64,000 nucleotides of DNA from Podarcis melisellensis (taxonomy: Eukaryota), in NCBI GenBank assembly GCA_964234715.1, contig OZ174286.1; one strand, written 5' to 3'. The translations under genes and the position numbers were made by a program. Position 1 is the first letter of the stretch, and each line of letters opens with the position of its first letter. The notes beneath the pieces are model-generated. The model saw only the letters and a program-made list of their open reading frames with translations, ran no database searches and had not been told where the DNA came from. Below are positions 12,862-25,631 of the stretch, one piece after another.

Positions 12862-13511
12862 CTTTTTTCCTTGCCACACCAACGCCCTCCAGAGACAAAG
12901 GTGCTGGCACCCCAAGGATCTGCAAGTCTCCATCAACATCTCTCCAGCTGATGTCCACAAGGACAGAGAATAGAGAAGAGGGGAGCAAAATGGCAGGCAC
13001 CAGTTTAGGGGAGAGGGGGGGGCTCTCTCTTCTAAAATGGCACCTAATTAATCAGGGGTACTTTTTTAATGGTCTGGAAGGTTAATAGATGAACCTATTT
13101 GATCAAACACAGCAGCCCTCTTTTTTTAAAAAATCTTCTAATACACAGTGTAAAAATGTAAATGTAAGTATATATTTTGTGCTCAACTTCCATGGTACAG
13201 TCTTCTTTGGGCCAAAAATGCAGTAAGGAAAGAGGTTCTCCATTTCAATATTTCTGTTTGAAATGTTCAAAGCATCCTGCAGATCAATGACTAAGTGATC
13301 AGGATTCCTGCCATGTGTGCTATTTGCATAATAGTTCTTTTCTCAAGGCAGAAAACTGACTTTTGACTTGCAGGGAACAAGTATTCCTAACCACAGCATA
13401 AAGGCAGCTTGAAATAAGAAAATTCCTACATAGAGAATATGGTTACAGAGAACAGCAAGCACAGGTGGGATTACGTACACTTGTGTTTTGCCTCATTCTC
13501 ATTTGCTACAA

Positions 13512-13900
13512 CAGGAGTAGGGAACTGGAATTACGTAGCAGGCCAGATCCTTATCTCCCCAACCCTGCACAGGCCAAATTTGACAGGTGAGTGGGAACAC
13601 CACCTGTTAATCACCTAATGTCACAATGGTGATGGAGTGCTTTATACCACTGATCAGCTGATCATTGGCAATTCAGAGTGCTGAGCAGGACTCTTTGCAA
13701 GCCCATTCAAGGATTGGCTAGCTAGTTACCCAGTGGGAACTCAGTAGTGCAGCCAACCCCAACTGGCTTGCTCTAACTGCCAATCAGTAGCATCTTCACC
13801 CATCCTTCACCTGATATCACATATGATGTCAAGTGTGCGACTGGGGCAAGTGGTTTGGAGAAAACAGCCTTATGGGCCAAACCGGGATCTGTTCCCAGCT
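13512..13900. mobile_element. Old hAT-like element
   Basis: Begins caggagtagggaac...ggccagatcc, ends ggccaaaccgggatctgttcccagc; a similar start occurs at 1734; TSD not resolved. Confidence 0.5.
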
Positions 13901-16900
13901 TAATTGAACCCATAACTCAGGGATCCCCACTCCTGTGCTACACAATAGGAAGCTTTAGTGAGCTGAATGGTCATTTCCCATGAAGATCTGTGCACCCCAA
14001 CTGTCCCACCTGACAGTTTATATGTTGCATGCCAATCTACCACCTTATACATAGGTTTTCTGATATAAATGATATGTTTCATGCACAAATGTGAGAAGGG
14101 TAGTGCTTTCATTGTACACTTCTAAAGGAGAAGATAGCTGAAGAATTATGACTTTTCTTCAAACTTCTGAAAACAATGGATTAAAGATCACAATGTCCAG
14201 CAAATGCTGCAGTTGGCTTTGCAATAACATGCAATGGCACAGCTGTGCTGAAAGCACCAACATCAATATTCTTGTCAATGAGTCTGAACAAAAGCAAAAA
14301 TGGAAACACATCTTCAACAGGCTGGTAGTTCTCAACACTTTCAGAAAGAGCTGCAATACCAGAAGATCAATATACTGTTCAGCCAGAACATGATATAGCT
14401 GACCTAGATGAGTTCAGATTTTGATGGAACACTTACATTCAAAACCTTGACCCAAAGGAAGAATACATAGATGCCTCAAAGGAGAATTACCAAAACATGC
14501 TCTAGGCAGGACTCAGAACTAGACATTCAGCAGGATTTGGGATGTCTACCTTACAGAGGGCTCTGACAGACTTAATCTTTGTGTAAGCTTAGACTAGCAA
14601 AATTGTCCAGACTGTCTCCCTTGCTGCCAATAACTCCCCTTTTCTCTGTGCAGCATGTGGAACAAAGTAACATGGTTGTAACTTTCTGACAAACTATTGA
14701 AAATTTAATCAAGCATCTTGATCTGAGTTTTCATGCTTAGTAGCAATTTTCTGTACAAAGGAATGTGGCTATACACCTGCCTGCTCTGGAAAATTGGCTC
14801 ACCCCTATTTAGAAGTTTAGAGGAAGATACACCAAGTCCCTTAGGAACTGCAGTGTGAAATATGTCTGTGTATTGCAAAAAGAGGAAATATATCACCCAA
14901 ATATCTGTGTAGCTAGATACCTAGCCTGATAAATTAGTCCTGGCAATATCCTACACTCACCTGCTTTTTACTCACAAGAGTAGCTAGTGGAGAATAAGCA
15001 AAGCACTCCATTCTTCCTTTCCCAGCCTCTCTTGTGACTAAAAAACAGACTAGCAAAGCACTGTACTAACTAGAAATGAGCACTCTCTTCCCACTCCATC
15101 AACTCACTTGTTTCTATGCTGAGTGCTCCGTGAAGTCATGGGAAATGGTCAGATCACTCTGCCCCTTTTCCAATAGTCTATGGTGTTTCTGTGCTAGTTA
15201 TGCAGGAAGCAAAATCTGTCCTGCATGTCAAGGCTCCATCAACCTGCTGTGTTTCTATGCTGGACGACTAAGTGGTGATACTCCTTTCTGCGGATCCAAC
15301 AGGTTGTCAGCAGAGGCATCAATCGTTCTAGATCTACCCCCAGCTTCCTGTGTGCCCATGCAAGAAATGTAGGAGTTTCACCTGCTGAGTAACTAAGCAC
15401 AGCAGTTGGAAACCTCCAGCCCATGAGCCTAATTAGGCCCACCTCTGAATTTGGCCCAGGAAGCCATTTTGGGCAAACCATGCCCACTTGGGCTTTCCCA
15501 ATCTCTTATTTCTGATCTCAGTGTTATAGTTCCACTGTATTTAAGATCAGAGATAAGTGTGGCACTGTGGTACTTAACATTAAGATTGAAGATAAGCATC
15601 TGCTTCTAACTTCTACCCCCAAAGGACATGCAGAGGCCTATCTCCAATCTTAGAACTGTGGGACAGCGCTAAGATAAGAGATATGTCTGTGCTGATCCAT
15701 TGACATTAAATTTGCCATCCTATGAGGTTGGGTGATTGGCAGGTTGGTGGCCCTGACCACCCTTCAAAACTGCCTGCAGGTGGTGGGCTTGGCCTTCGCT
15801 GGTCTACCATAAAAACCCAGAAGGCAGAGAGAAGGAGCACTCTACTCTGCCGCCAGCTCTCTCCGTTGCAATGATGGATGCATAAGAGGGAGCTTCACTT
15901 CTTGTGCACCCAGTACAGAAACCCAGCAGGCTGCTGGAGAAGGAATGAAGCACTCCATGCCTCTGCCAGCGGCCTGCTTGCTTTCTCTGTCAAGTGGGGA
16001 ACGGAGGGCTTCCTGCCCTACAGCCCTATAATGGGTTGTCAGCAGAAGGGCCAAACCCTGGGTTGTTACCCACAAAGGAAGGAGAGAAGGTGAATAACCC
16101 CCTGCTGTCCAGAAAATAAATGCAGAATGTTGCTAAAGGAGGGGCTGAACACTCCATTTCCTTTCTGCAGCCTCATGCACCTATGTCAAATTTCTAGTTG
16201 CCTATGGCGACCAGGCAAGTGGTTGAAAAAAGATTGCATATATCTGCTACACTGAATAACTGCAACAATTCGTTGTGGATACTTCTTGCACTGGTATATA
16301 TGATTTCAACGATCCTTTAGTTTTTACCAGTTGGAATTAAGATTGCCTAGCTATTACTAAAGAATATAAGCCTGTCAAAGTCTTGTAAACGAAAGTGATT
16401 CCTCAAAGGATAACTATAATCAGAGCTGGAAGAGATTCCCATCTGATACTTTAAGGCAGGATGCATTGGCCTCAATCCAAAGCGGCTCTATGCACGTGAA
16501 GGCTAGGACCATGCACACTCAGCTGGAGCTCTCTTTGAAGCTCTTGCCACGGCATCTCACACTGCCAAGGAGGCATGCCAATCTGCAATTTAAAAAGCAA
16601 CTTGCCTCTTTAGCAGTGGGAGATGCTGCGGCAAAACATTTCGAAGAAAGCACTGCTTTCAGGCAGATGCCTCTCCTGTGCACAAAGCTTCTTTGTATTT
16701 CAACCTCCATACATAAACCGTCCCTCAAATGCCTGTCCAGCCTTTACAGGACAATCTCCAAGGAAATTCTACAGCCTCTCTGGGCTTCTTACTCCCCTGC
16801 TGAACTGATCTTACAACTAAGCTGCACTTAATAAGGAACATCTTAAAACAACTTCTCTGACTCCAAACTATTTCAGTCTGAATCCTAACAATTTAACCAT

Positions 16901-18356
16901 AGTGGTTAAAATGGGTGGGAAAATAGAGCTAATTATTTTTCTGGGAGAAAAACACCACCACTGCATGAAGCAAACTAAAATAATTTCAGCTCACTCCTTA
17001 AGTTATTTCCAATGCTGTCCAACTCCACGAAACTGGATGAACCTTTACTAAAGGCTCAGCACTCAAATATATCCCAAAGAATATTTCTGCAATAGGAGCA
17101 GATAACTTGTTTTGGCCAGTAGGCTGTTTGGCATATCTTGCCTGCGAGTGGATGAGAAGTCATGTTTGCTATGAGAAGTCTCATTTTTTCTGTTCAGCCT
17201 GTGATACACACATAAACAAAATACACCCTTAGCTCAGTTCTACTTAGTGTTTATCAAGTACTTTCTGCCCACTTCTCTCGAGTACCATTTATATGCACCC
17301 TGTGGTGAGGTTGTTTGCTGACGCACAAAACAGGGCAGTACAACCTACATGGGGAGGGTGGAGAACTTCAAAGTGAAAGCTTTCCTGGCTACTATCCTGT
17401 GTATTGCAGTACCAACAAAATCTGAGTCAGGGCAGAAGCCTGAATGTAATTTTATTGTGAACTAGTTCTCTGCTACTTGAAAAACAAGGCACACAAACTT
17501 TGCTATTCTTGTCATTAGGAGACAGGGAGGAAGGGTGAGGGGAGAGAATGTGGTTAAACATACACATAACTTCCCTTCAACTTAAATCCATTTCCTCATT
17601 TCTCACATTTCAAAGTCCTTCAACAAAGTTTCTTATTTTCTTTCTAGAAGAGATATACACAGCTCTTACGCTTTATTCCTGAAAAATTCTGCATAAACTG
17701 CATTTATAACTCACTATTTCCTGGCCTAAAGGGGGACTTTACATATTTGCTACTTTCCCAAATGGAAATTATTCCTCAATTTATTGTCACTTTTCCTGAA
17801 GTCTGGCATCCTGTTACCTAGTAATCAGGTAGTGACCTAAGCACAATTAAGTAGAGAGCAACATCTCATACAAAGGCTTCTGTTAAAGGAAAAAAGGAGG
17901 GAAGATCTTTTGGCCATAACCACAAATTGTTAGTGTTCGGTTCAGCATTCACTGCCCTTTTTCGGCTGTGGTTAGTTACCAAACGTTTTTGATTTGGATC
18001 AAAATCAAATGAGAACATTCTATTAAGTCACCAGCATGTGGTCTGCCTCCTTTATGCTACTTGTGCTTACCCTGATCACTTGATCCATTTGGCGATCAGT
18101 TCAGTAAGACCATTCAAGATTACAATATGGGGAAACGTACATGTATGATATTGGGGAAAATTATTTAAAATAGCTATACACAGCTGTGACAGTTCAAAAT
18201 TAACAGGAAGATTTGAAATGTGGGTCGTCGTCCCCCCAAGCCTGTGCTCATCAATCTCCATTTTCTTTGGGCCTTTGCAAATAACAACACCAACAGGACA
18301 GACAGGGACCACAAAAAACACAAGAAAACAAAAGACAGACAAGCCTGGTAACTTAC

Positions 18357-18986
18357 CCCTCCTGACAATTTAATCACCCTGACTTTGGTGCCGACATGGG
18401 GCCCATCTCCACTACCACTGTTTGCCCGCTGCATGACAGTTCTTTTCACCCCAGGCTTCAGTTCCTGAGGCTGGCCTTGTACTGATGCCACACGAGCAAT
18501 CTGGGATGGGTTCATGTGGGCTGCAGGAGGCTTTGTTTGCAACCCTTTGTATGGCAGCTGGAGCTCGTTTTCGGGCACTGTCCTAGTCTGTCTTAGCTGC
18601 TTCACTGTTTTTATTTGCTGTCCTTGAAATTGTGCATTATCTCCAGCCTGCGGAATATTGGGGGGCTTAGGCTGAAAAGCAGGGGGGGTTGGAGCTACTG
18701 GGTCTTGCTTTTTAACCATCAGCCTGCATTTCACATTTTGGCGAGGCTGTGCACCGGGAAGGGGAAGCAAGGGACTTCCATTGGTGGGCAACTGTGAAGT
18801 TTCTTCCTCCTGTTGTTGGGTTGAAGACTGCTGCTGCTGTGCAAGCCTTTCAAGCAACTCTCTTTTTCTAGCTCCAGCCTGAAGTTGCCGCCTGAGCTCC
18901 TTTTGTTTCAAGATCTCTTCTCTTAGGCGCTTCTGTTCTTCTATCTTTAAACGGTAGAGTCTGGTTTCTTCATCTTCATCAGGAAA
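18357..18986 (-). CDS. RBM33: RBM33 exon 15 (630 nt): FPDEDEETRLYRLKIEEQKRLREEILKQKELRR (coiled coil)...KVRVIKLSGG
   Basis: ctgtag|TTT...GGA GGG|gtaagt; phase 0 to 0; ORF 18174..18911. Confidence 0.96.
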
Positions 18987-20769
18987 CTACAGAACATCAA
19001 AGGAAACAAGTTATAGGGATAGTAACTCCTATCCAGCTTGGTCAAATTTGGTTTTGCTTTTAAAAAAGAGAGTGCATTGATGGCATCCGTTCCCAGGAGC
19101 ATCTTAAATCAACTGAAATATGGTGCTAATGCTTTTAAATGACATAGCTACCAATGCAAGTTTATTACTAGGCAACCAATGAAGAGTCAAAAAATACATG
19201 ACTCCAGTTTGGACTTTACTTAATGAAAAAAAATCAGAATGCTGAAACTGAAGCCTTCTAAATCGGAACTCATTTAGAAGTTGCTGAAACCAATTAAACT
19301 ATTAATATAATTCAAGATCTCAAAATATTGTTTCAAATGGAAGCTGTAACAATGCAGAGGCAGCCCACTGTCACATGGGTTTTATCTTGCTCTTTTCTGA
19401 CAAACTAACAAAAGGTAGGGTGGTAAATGACCTGAAAGGCCCTGATTAGAACTATTGATTTTTCTTACAGAATTTTCAGCCTGATCTGAAACTCATTTGT
19501 CACACAATAATTGGTTATAATGAACAGCACAAGTCAATCTCTCTGACCTTGAACTCATGCACTCTCTTCAGAATTAAAATGTTGCCAAATGCAGTGTTGG
19601 AATATTAATGGTATATCAGGAATGCCTTTAATATTCCAGCCTTAAGCTTTTCTGAAAGTATTATACCCTTTGTGCATCAAATAACCTTTCTAAGGGGCCT
19701 AAAATTGTGGCAGAAAACACATTCTTACAGGAAGCTACAGGGAAATCAAGAACATCAAAAGAAAGGCTGCTGCCAAGTGTTGCTCCTGAGTTTGCAAGTT
19801 TCAACAGGACAAACGTTAAAGGATAATATAATAGGCTAAGAACTGTTCCTTATTAAACACTACAATAGTTTAACCCCCTAAAGCACCAACCGGATATGCT
19901 TTATTTAGTATACATCTTGAAGAAACCTCATTCAGCACACAGCAGCTTACATCACCAGCACTTGGAAGCAGTGAAAAAGCGGAAGATCCTGCACCATGGA
20001 ATCAATGTAACATTGCTTGAACTAGTTTCACTCACATATTGCTTTCACAAAGATTCTCTTACGCAATGTTCATGTTTAATTGGCAGGTAAGGTGTTTGAA
20101 AAGTCATCAGCTGAAAGTGTATGCAGGAGAAACTGGATCCTATCAGTTACAATTGCATACTATTTTGAATTTGCTAGGCTCGTCTTAATATCTGAGTTCC
20201 CCTAACAATGTGAGTAAATAGGTCCCCATTCCCATTTACCATATTTCTAACTCAGATTAAGATGCTACATGACTCCATGGCAGAGTTGGCACTGAACCCA
20301 AGGGTACCACATCTAACTCTCTGCCCACAAGACCACACTGACTTTGACCATCTGAAACAAAAAACTGAGAACACTGAAAATAGCCATCCATCCAAAGTGC
20401 AATTAGCAAGCTTTCCATCTCGCAGGGTAAAGTACTTTAGTCTAAGTTTTACGGGCCAATTCAACCTAAAGTGATCTATTTCACTGAGTACAGTTACTCT
20501 ATATTCTGTAACAACTGATCAGAAAAAACATCAGCATTCAGTAGTTAGCATTTACAGTGACAAACCATTGATATTCATCATTCGAGCCTATCTGTAAGGG
20601 ATAATAACAGGAATTAGCAGCTATATAGTTCTTTAGAATATTCAAAGCATTGTCTCAGTAATTTTTACAACAATCCTGCAAGGTAGGCTCAGTATTATGC
20701 CTATACTACAGGAGAGTGACTGAGGATAAGACACTGTGTCTCATTTAAAGCCATAAAAGCGCATTATGC

Positions 20770-21122
20770 TAAGTCAAACCATGGCTTAGCATGAACAGTT
20801 GAATGTGCAGGCTCTCAGAGATTGCGGTCACTCTGGTCCTCTTACTGTTACTGCATTGAGCTCAGCATGTCTAATGAACCCAGGTTCATGGTTTAGCTCT
20901 CTCCACACAGACTATGAATTGTAACCAAGATTTGTCCTGTGGGTTACAGCCAGTGCTTGGTTTGGGACAGCTAAACCATGAGCCTAGGTTCATATAACCT
21001 GCTAAGCCAAAGCATGACTTAGTCTGGTCCAGCACAGCAGAACCAGCGGATGAGCAAAGCAGTCACAATCTCCTCTCAGGGAGCCTGCACAATTGCTCTG
21101 TGCTAAGCTATGGTTTGACTTA
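20770..21122. mobile_element. Long palindromic (fold-back) MITE, possibly PIF/Harbinger-type
   Basis: Outer arms taagtcaaaccatggcttagca / tgctaagctatggtttgactta; inner arms 20874-20898 / 20969-20993 (23/25 complementary). Confidence 0.7.
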
Positions 21123-21706
21123 AGAGTTATATGCAACTGAGTTTCTAGCAAGTTCATCGTGGATTCCACCTAGGGACTTTTAATAGTACTTTCACAGTAA
21201 CTTGGTTCTCCAAAATCACTCAATGGTATTCAAGAGATATAGGCAATTCTTGTTTCCACAAAAACAGAATTTCATTATTTAATATTATCACTGCATCTTG
21301 CCAACAGACAGGGTAACATCGGGGATGGTTGACCCATGACCTGTGGACCACATCTGGGTGGCTGACGGGAAGAGCTTCCCATGTACACCATTCAGAATGG
21401 ACTTCTCCTTTAGGCTCCATCTTCTCATTCCAGTAAAGTGCACACTTGACTCTCAAGACTGGTGACAGTGAGCTCCAATTCCTGATCACGGCTTACAATA
21501 AGAAACTTTTGCTGTAACAGATGTAAGTGTAAGTAACAGGTGTGCCTTATGTTTTTCAGCAGATGAGGGAATCACCAACATATAAGTTGGATTGTGTGCG
21601 CTGGTAAAGGTGTTTCTTCTCTCTCTCCAGTTTACTCATCTGTGCCTGCCTGGAAACTAGAATAGATGCAGAAAACTATGTAACATAGAAAGAGGAGAGG
21701 CCTTAC

Positions 21707-21994
21707 CTCTGGCTCAGATTTGATCTCCACTTTAGGTTGTACCACTGGAATAACTGCTCTAGGCTTTGTCTCAGTCCTTCCCTGTTGGTTCTTCACACTA
21801 GCAATAGGTCTTGCAGTAGGCATGGTACTGGTAATGGGTTTTACTTGAGCAGCAGGTGCTGAGGTTCTTCGGTTGTTAGCAGCCTCGATTGCATGCAAAG
21901 GTGCTATCGGCAATTCCCGCAAGTTACTGTTCCTTGGAGCAGGTGACTGGAGTTGCTGATTTGGACGTTTCACCATGTTTTGTGTTGGTGTGTT
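21707..21994 (-). CDS. RBM33: RBM33 exon 14 (288 nt): NTPTQNMVKRPNQQ...RNSNLRELPIAP...EIKSEPE
   Basis: tttcag|AAC...CCA GAG|gtaagg; phase 0 to 0; ORF 21632..22012. Confidence 0.95.
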
Positions 21995-22503
21995 CTGAAA
22001 AAAAATCAACATTAAAAACCCCCTGATAGCATTGAGTTTTTAAGCATGCAGATTTTGCTGTAGCTTAACTGATAACATATGGAGATTCTGAATCACCTTT
22101 CTTTGTGCAGTCATTTCTATAGCAAATGCAGGTCTATAGTCCCCTTTGCCATGCTAATGGTACTAACAGCCTTGGATAAGCTTTGAGGAATGGAATCTTC
22201 CAAAGGAAGAGCAGACGAAGCAACAGAACTAACAGCTAGTCAGGTGTCCAGTGAAATTATCTTTTTCCCCAGCACAGAATTTTCTGTGGCAGAGAAGGTA
22301 TCAACCCTGCAGAGGGCCTCAAGAAACACAGGTGAACACAAACAGAAGGACAAAGCAGTGCTAAGCAGTTTGAAAATTCTTTAGCACAGCAAAGGAAAAA
22401 GTCAACCATGGATTGACAAAACTGCAGGATTTGTGACTAGAAGTGAACAAATGTGGCCAACTTCACCTCCAGACACAGCCTTCCTTAAATGTTTCTAAGC
22501 GCG

Positions 22504-22527
22504 CACACACACACACACACACACACA
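22504..22527. repeat. (CA)n microsatellite
   Basis: Direct reading. Confidence 0.95.
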
Positions 22528-23102
22528 GCCAGTCCTACACATCCTTGCCTTCTTTTCTTTCAAAACCTTGCAGGCAAACCACATGGCAAAGCCTCTCCTG
22601 AACTGTCATCACCTCTTTGCTGCACTCTCTACTGCCAGTTAACCTGCTCAACATCATCACTGCAGTTGGGAAGCCAATCCTTGTCCCTTTCCTTTCTCAC
22701 TTTGCCCCCATGTGCCTTAGCATTGGCAGTAGGGCTATTTCTGCTTTCTAGCTATCACTGCTAGTACTAAAGAAGTATCACTCAGTAACACAGGTAGGGC
22801 TGCAATGAATCATTTGCCTGCTCACTACTGGAATGTTCAAATTGCGCTCCCTTGGAAGGGGAGAAAGAAAGAACCCTTAACATGGCATTGAGAAAGCTGC
22901 CCATGGAAATCTCTTTTCCTCTGTGCTGCTTTGCACAGCCCAATAGTAGTAAGATTACTCGGCCTCTCAAGCTCAAGATAACAATCTCAAGACACTGTCC
23001 AAATAAGAATGTTCTTTTTTTGATTGTAATAATAAACAAGGGGTGGGGTGGGGTTAATGGGTTGTTTTTATTTTGATTATATATTTTGTGGTTTTATATT
23101 CT

Positions 23103-23172
23103 GATTTTGTTCTGTGAACCGCCCTGAGACCTCCGGATATAGGGCGGTATATAAACTGAATAATAATAATAT
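23103..23172 (+). mobile_element. L2-type LINE/SINE 3' tail
   Basis: tgtgaaccgccctgagacctccggatatagggcggtatataaa followed by (taa)n; similar tails near 39375, 32940, 47088 and 2605 (minus). Confidence 0.7.
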
Positions 23173-23321
23173 TGCCAAGGCAGCTGATTTTAGCACAGAA
23201 GGAGCGTCATAGAGGCTGTGCCAAGAGATAAGCCATGACACTAATCGTGCCACACCATACAACAGGGGTATCAAATCCACAGACCTGCAAGTGGCTCTTC
23301 AAGAGGTTTGTATTTGCCCTC

Positions 23322-23324
<3 letters not shown>

Positions 23325-23352
<28 letters not shown>
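23325..23352. repeat. (AC)n microsatellite
   Basis: Direct reading. Confidence 0.95.
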
Positions 23353-23353
<1 letters not shown>

Positions 23354-23582
23354 GCCCAAGCCTTCTCATTTTTGAAGAAAACTACTAGGGTTTTTGTTAT
23401 TTTTTATTTCAGGCAACAACTGGGGTTTGCATTCCAGGTTATCACACACATCAATGGAATGCACATAAGCCCGCCCCGCCCCACACCCTTCTGGGTCCAA
23501 AAACAGCCTGCACATGCAGTCGTGTGTTCTTTGAACGTGCACAAAACGGGAGTTGTCTGTACTGTATTTAAATGTCACTTAC

Positions 23583-23921
23583 ATGCCTGGCCTTTACCAG
23601 ACCTTGCCGCTGCTGACACTGCATCCGATTGCTGCTCGACTGCTGCTGCTGTGCCTGCATGTGAGGTCTAAACTGGGATGGGGCGACAGAGATCAGAGGC
23701 TGGGGGGGCACTGCAAGGAGATGGTGCTGCTGCTGGTGTGGCTGGTGCTGCTGGTGTGGTTGATGCTGCTGCTGCTGGTGGTGCTGCTGGGCTGTTTGTG
23801 GATGCTGCTGATGTGGCTGCGGATGCTGCTGATGCGGCTGTGGATGCGGCTGTGGGTGGTGCTGTTGCGGCGGCTGTGGATGCTGCTGATGCTGTGGCTG
23901 CAAAGGAGGGTGCAAGGGACC
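23583..23921 (-). CDS. RBM33: RBM33 exon 13 (339 nt), Q/H/P low-complexity: GPLHPPLQPQHQQHPQ...QRQGLVKARH
   Basis: gtgcag|GGT...AGG CAT|gtaagt; phase 0 to 0; ORF 23568..23927. Confidence 0.94.
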
Positions 23922-24318
23922 CTGCACGTTTTAAAGAAAAGCATACATGAGCTGCAAACTCAAAAAAGGCCTGCTCCTAAACATTCAAGCTGTAAGTAGC
24001 TAATAGGATTTAACCAGCACTCTGTATTTCACAATTACTATAACCAGCAAAGAATACACCTTTATTAATAAGCATACCACCACCCAATTCGAGTTTAAAG
24101 TTAAGTTAGGCTAAATTAAAGTGCTGGACTGCACATAAGCATTATGTTTTGGCTGTTCCTTTTTAAAAAATAATAATGAAGAAGTCTAACTGGAGTCTGA
24201 ACATTTCCTACAATTACTAAAGCACAATAGTTAAACTTTAAAGGAAGCTTAATAAATGAAAGGAATGCACGATACCAGCCATTGTGTGTTTATTAGTATC
24301 CTCAAATGAAAAACAATA

Positions 24319-24337
24319 GTACCAGCAGAGGGTGCTC
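24319..24337 (+). promoter_or_regulatory. Candidate CTCF-binding motif gtaCCAGCAGAGGGTGCTc
   Basis: Matches the core CCASYAGRKGGCRS except for C to T at the GGC position. Confidence 0.5.
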
Positions 24338-25173
24338 TAACCTTTGTGGTGAGCTAATATGGCTGTTTTCTAGATGCATGCTTAATCTATTCACTGTACA
24401 GGAACTTGTTTTTAAACAATAGATTATTTTCATATTTCTTCTGGAATAAATCAATTTAGGAAACCATAGAATATTGAACAAAATGTTGCATTACAAACTT
24501 TTCTAATCTCATTAGCTGTGAACAGCCTTGCAAAAATCAAAGCAGTTTAATATCTTCACTTTGAAGCCCTATGCCAATACAAAGTTGCCACGAAACCTTG
24601 TAATTCAATTAGCACTGGGCACAGGGGGATAAATATGTTTTCATGCTTGGCACAGCAATAAAAAGGCACATTTAAATTTCATCTATATTTTGTACCATCA
24701 ATTCAAACATTAAACATTCAACTCTGTGCACAGGAGAACTTCTCAAAGATTTCCACACTTCCCTGCATAAGCAACAAACGGTTTGAGGCTCTTAAGGAAT
24801 AGCTAAGATGAAAAAAGTAAGCACCTGCACAAACTCACTTTATTCTTAGGCCCACAGCTAAAAAGATCAAGAGAGAGGAGGGGGTCAACTAAATGTGTTT
24901 GTTACATGCTTTAAAAGTCTCTAAAAGAGGGCAAAAGGATACTGCAAAAAACTGGACATTAATTTTCAAGCACTCATCAATATAGTTACCATACTTTTTG
25001 CAGCACTTAGGGGACGGAAGGTCAAAGTGGTGTGATCAAAGTGGTGTGAAAAGGGTGCTAGAGTAACAACTTTTGGGCAGCTTTGGAGGCATTGCACTTT
25101 TGGGAACTTAGGTTGAAGCTGTCACAATATTTCTAAATGCAGATTCCTAGGAACTCTTGCTTTCGTTTCATAC

Positions 25174-25505
25174 CTGCATGTTGGGCTGTGTGAGAGTTGT
25201 CAAAAACGGCTGGCCTGGCACCTGCATGAACGACTGCCTGGGAGGGAGGAAAGGTCGTGCATTTGCTGCCCCAGGCTGGTTGAAGTGAAGGACTCCCACG
25301 GGGCCCTGCGGCTGAATGTTTGGCCTCACCATCCTCTCTCTGGGGAACATGTGCTGCTGCCCCTGCTGGTTAAAACCTGGTCCAGGCTGGCTGAAAGGGT
25401 GCGGGTTTTGGTTGGGAATGGGGTGGGCGCTGTTGAGGAGTGGGGGCGGTAGAGGAGGAGGAGGGCTCCGCTGCTCAAACAAGTGGTGGCTGGGAAATCT
25501 TGGCT
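25174..25505 (-). CDS. RBM33: RBM33 exon 12 (332 nt): (E)PRFPSHHLFEQRSPPPP...LTQPNMQ
   Basis: tgacag|AG CCA...ATG CAG|gtatga; phase 1 to 0; ORF 25168..25554. Confidence 0.95.
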
Positions 25506-25631
25506 CTGTCAGAAACAAAAACATAGTTATAAAACCAATCTCTCTATGGAGCAAACTGAACAGCCTTCCTAGTCCTCACACCCCTGCTTTAGATTAACAC
25601 TCACATAGCAAGCTGAAATATTAGTTTAAAC

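Noticed and set aside
16466-16831. 121-aa plus-strand ORF (likewise 26592..26984, 43349..43828, 43761..44183)
   Set aside because: No homology I can recognise, several overlap TE remnants, and the lengths are within chance for 64 kb with alternative start codons.
23553-23999. Plus-strand Leu-rich and Ala-rich ORFs (also 39557..39941, 25316..25597, 40603..40845)
   Set aside because: Antisense shadows of CAG-rich or low-complexity RBM33 exons.
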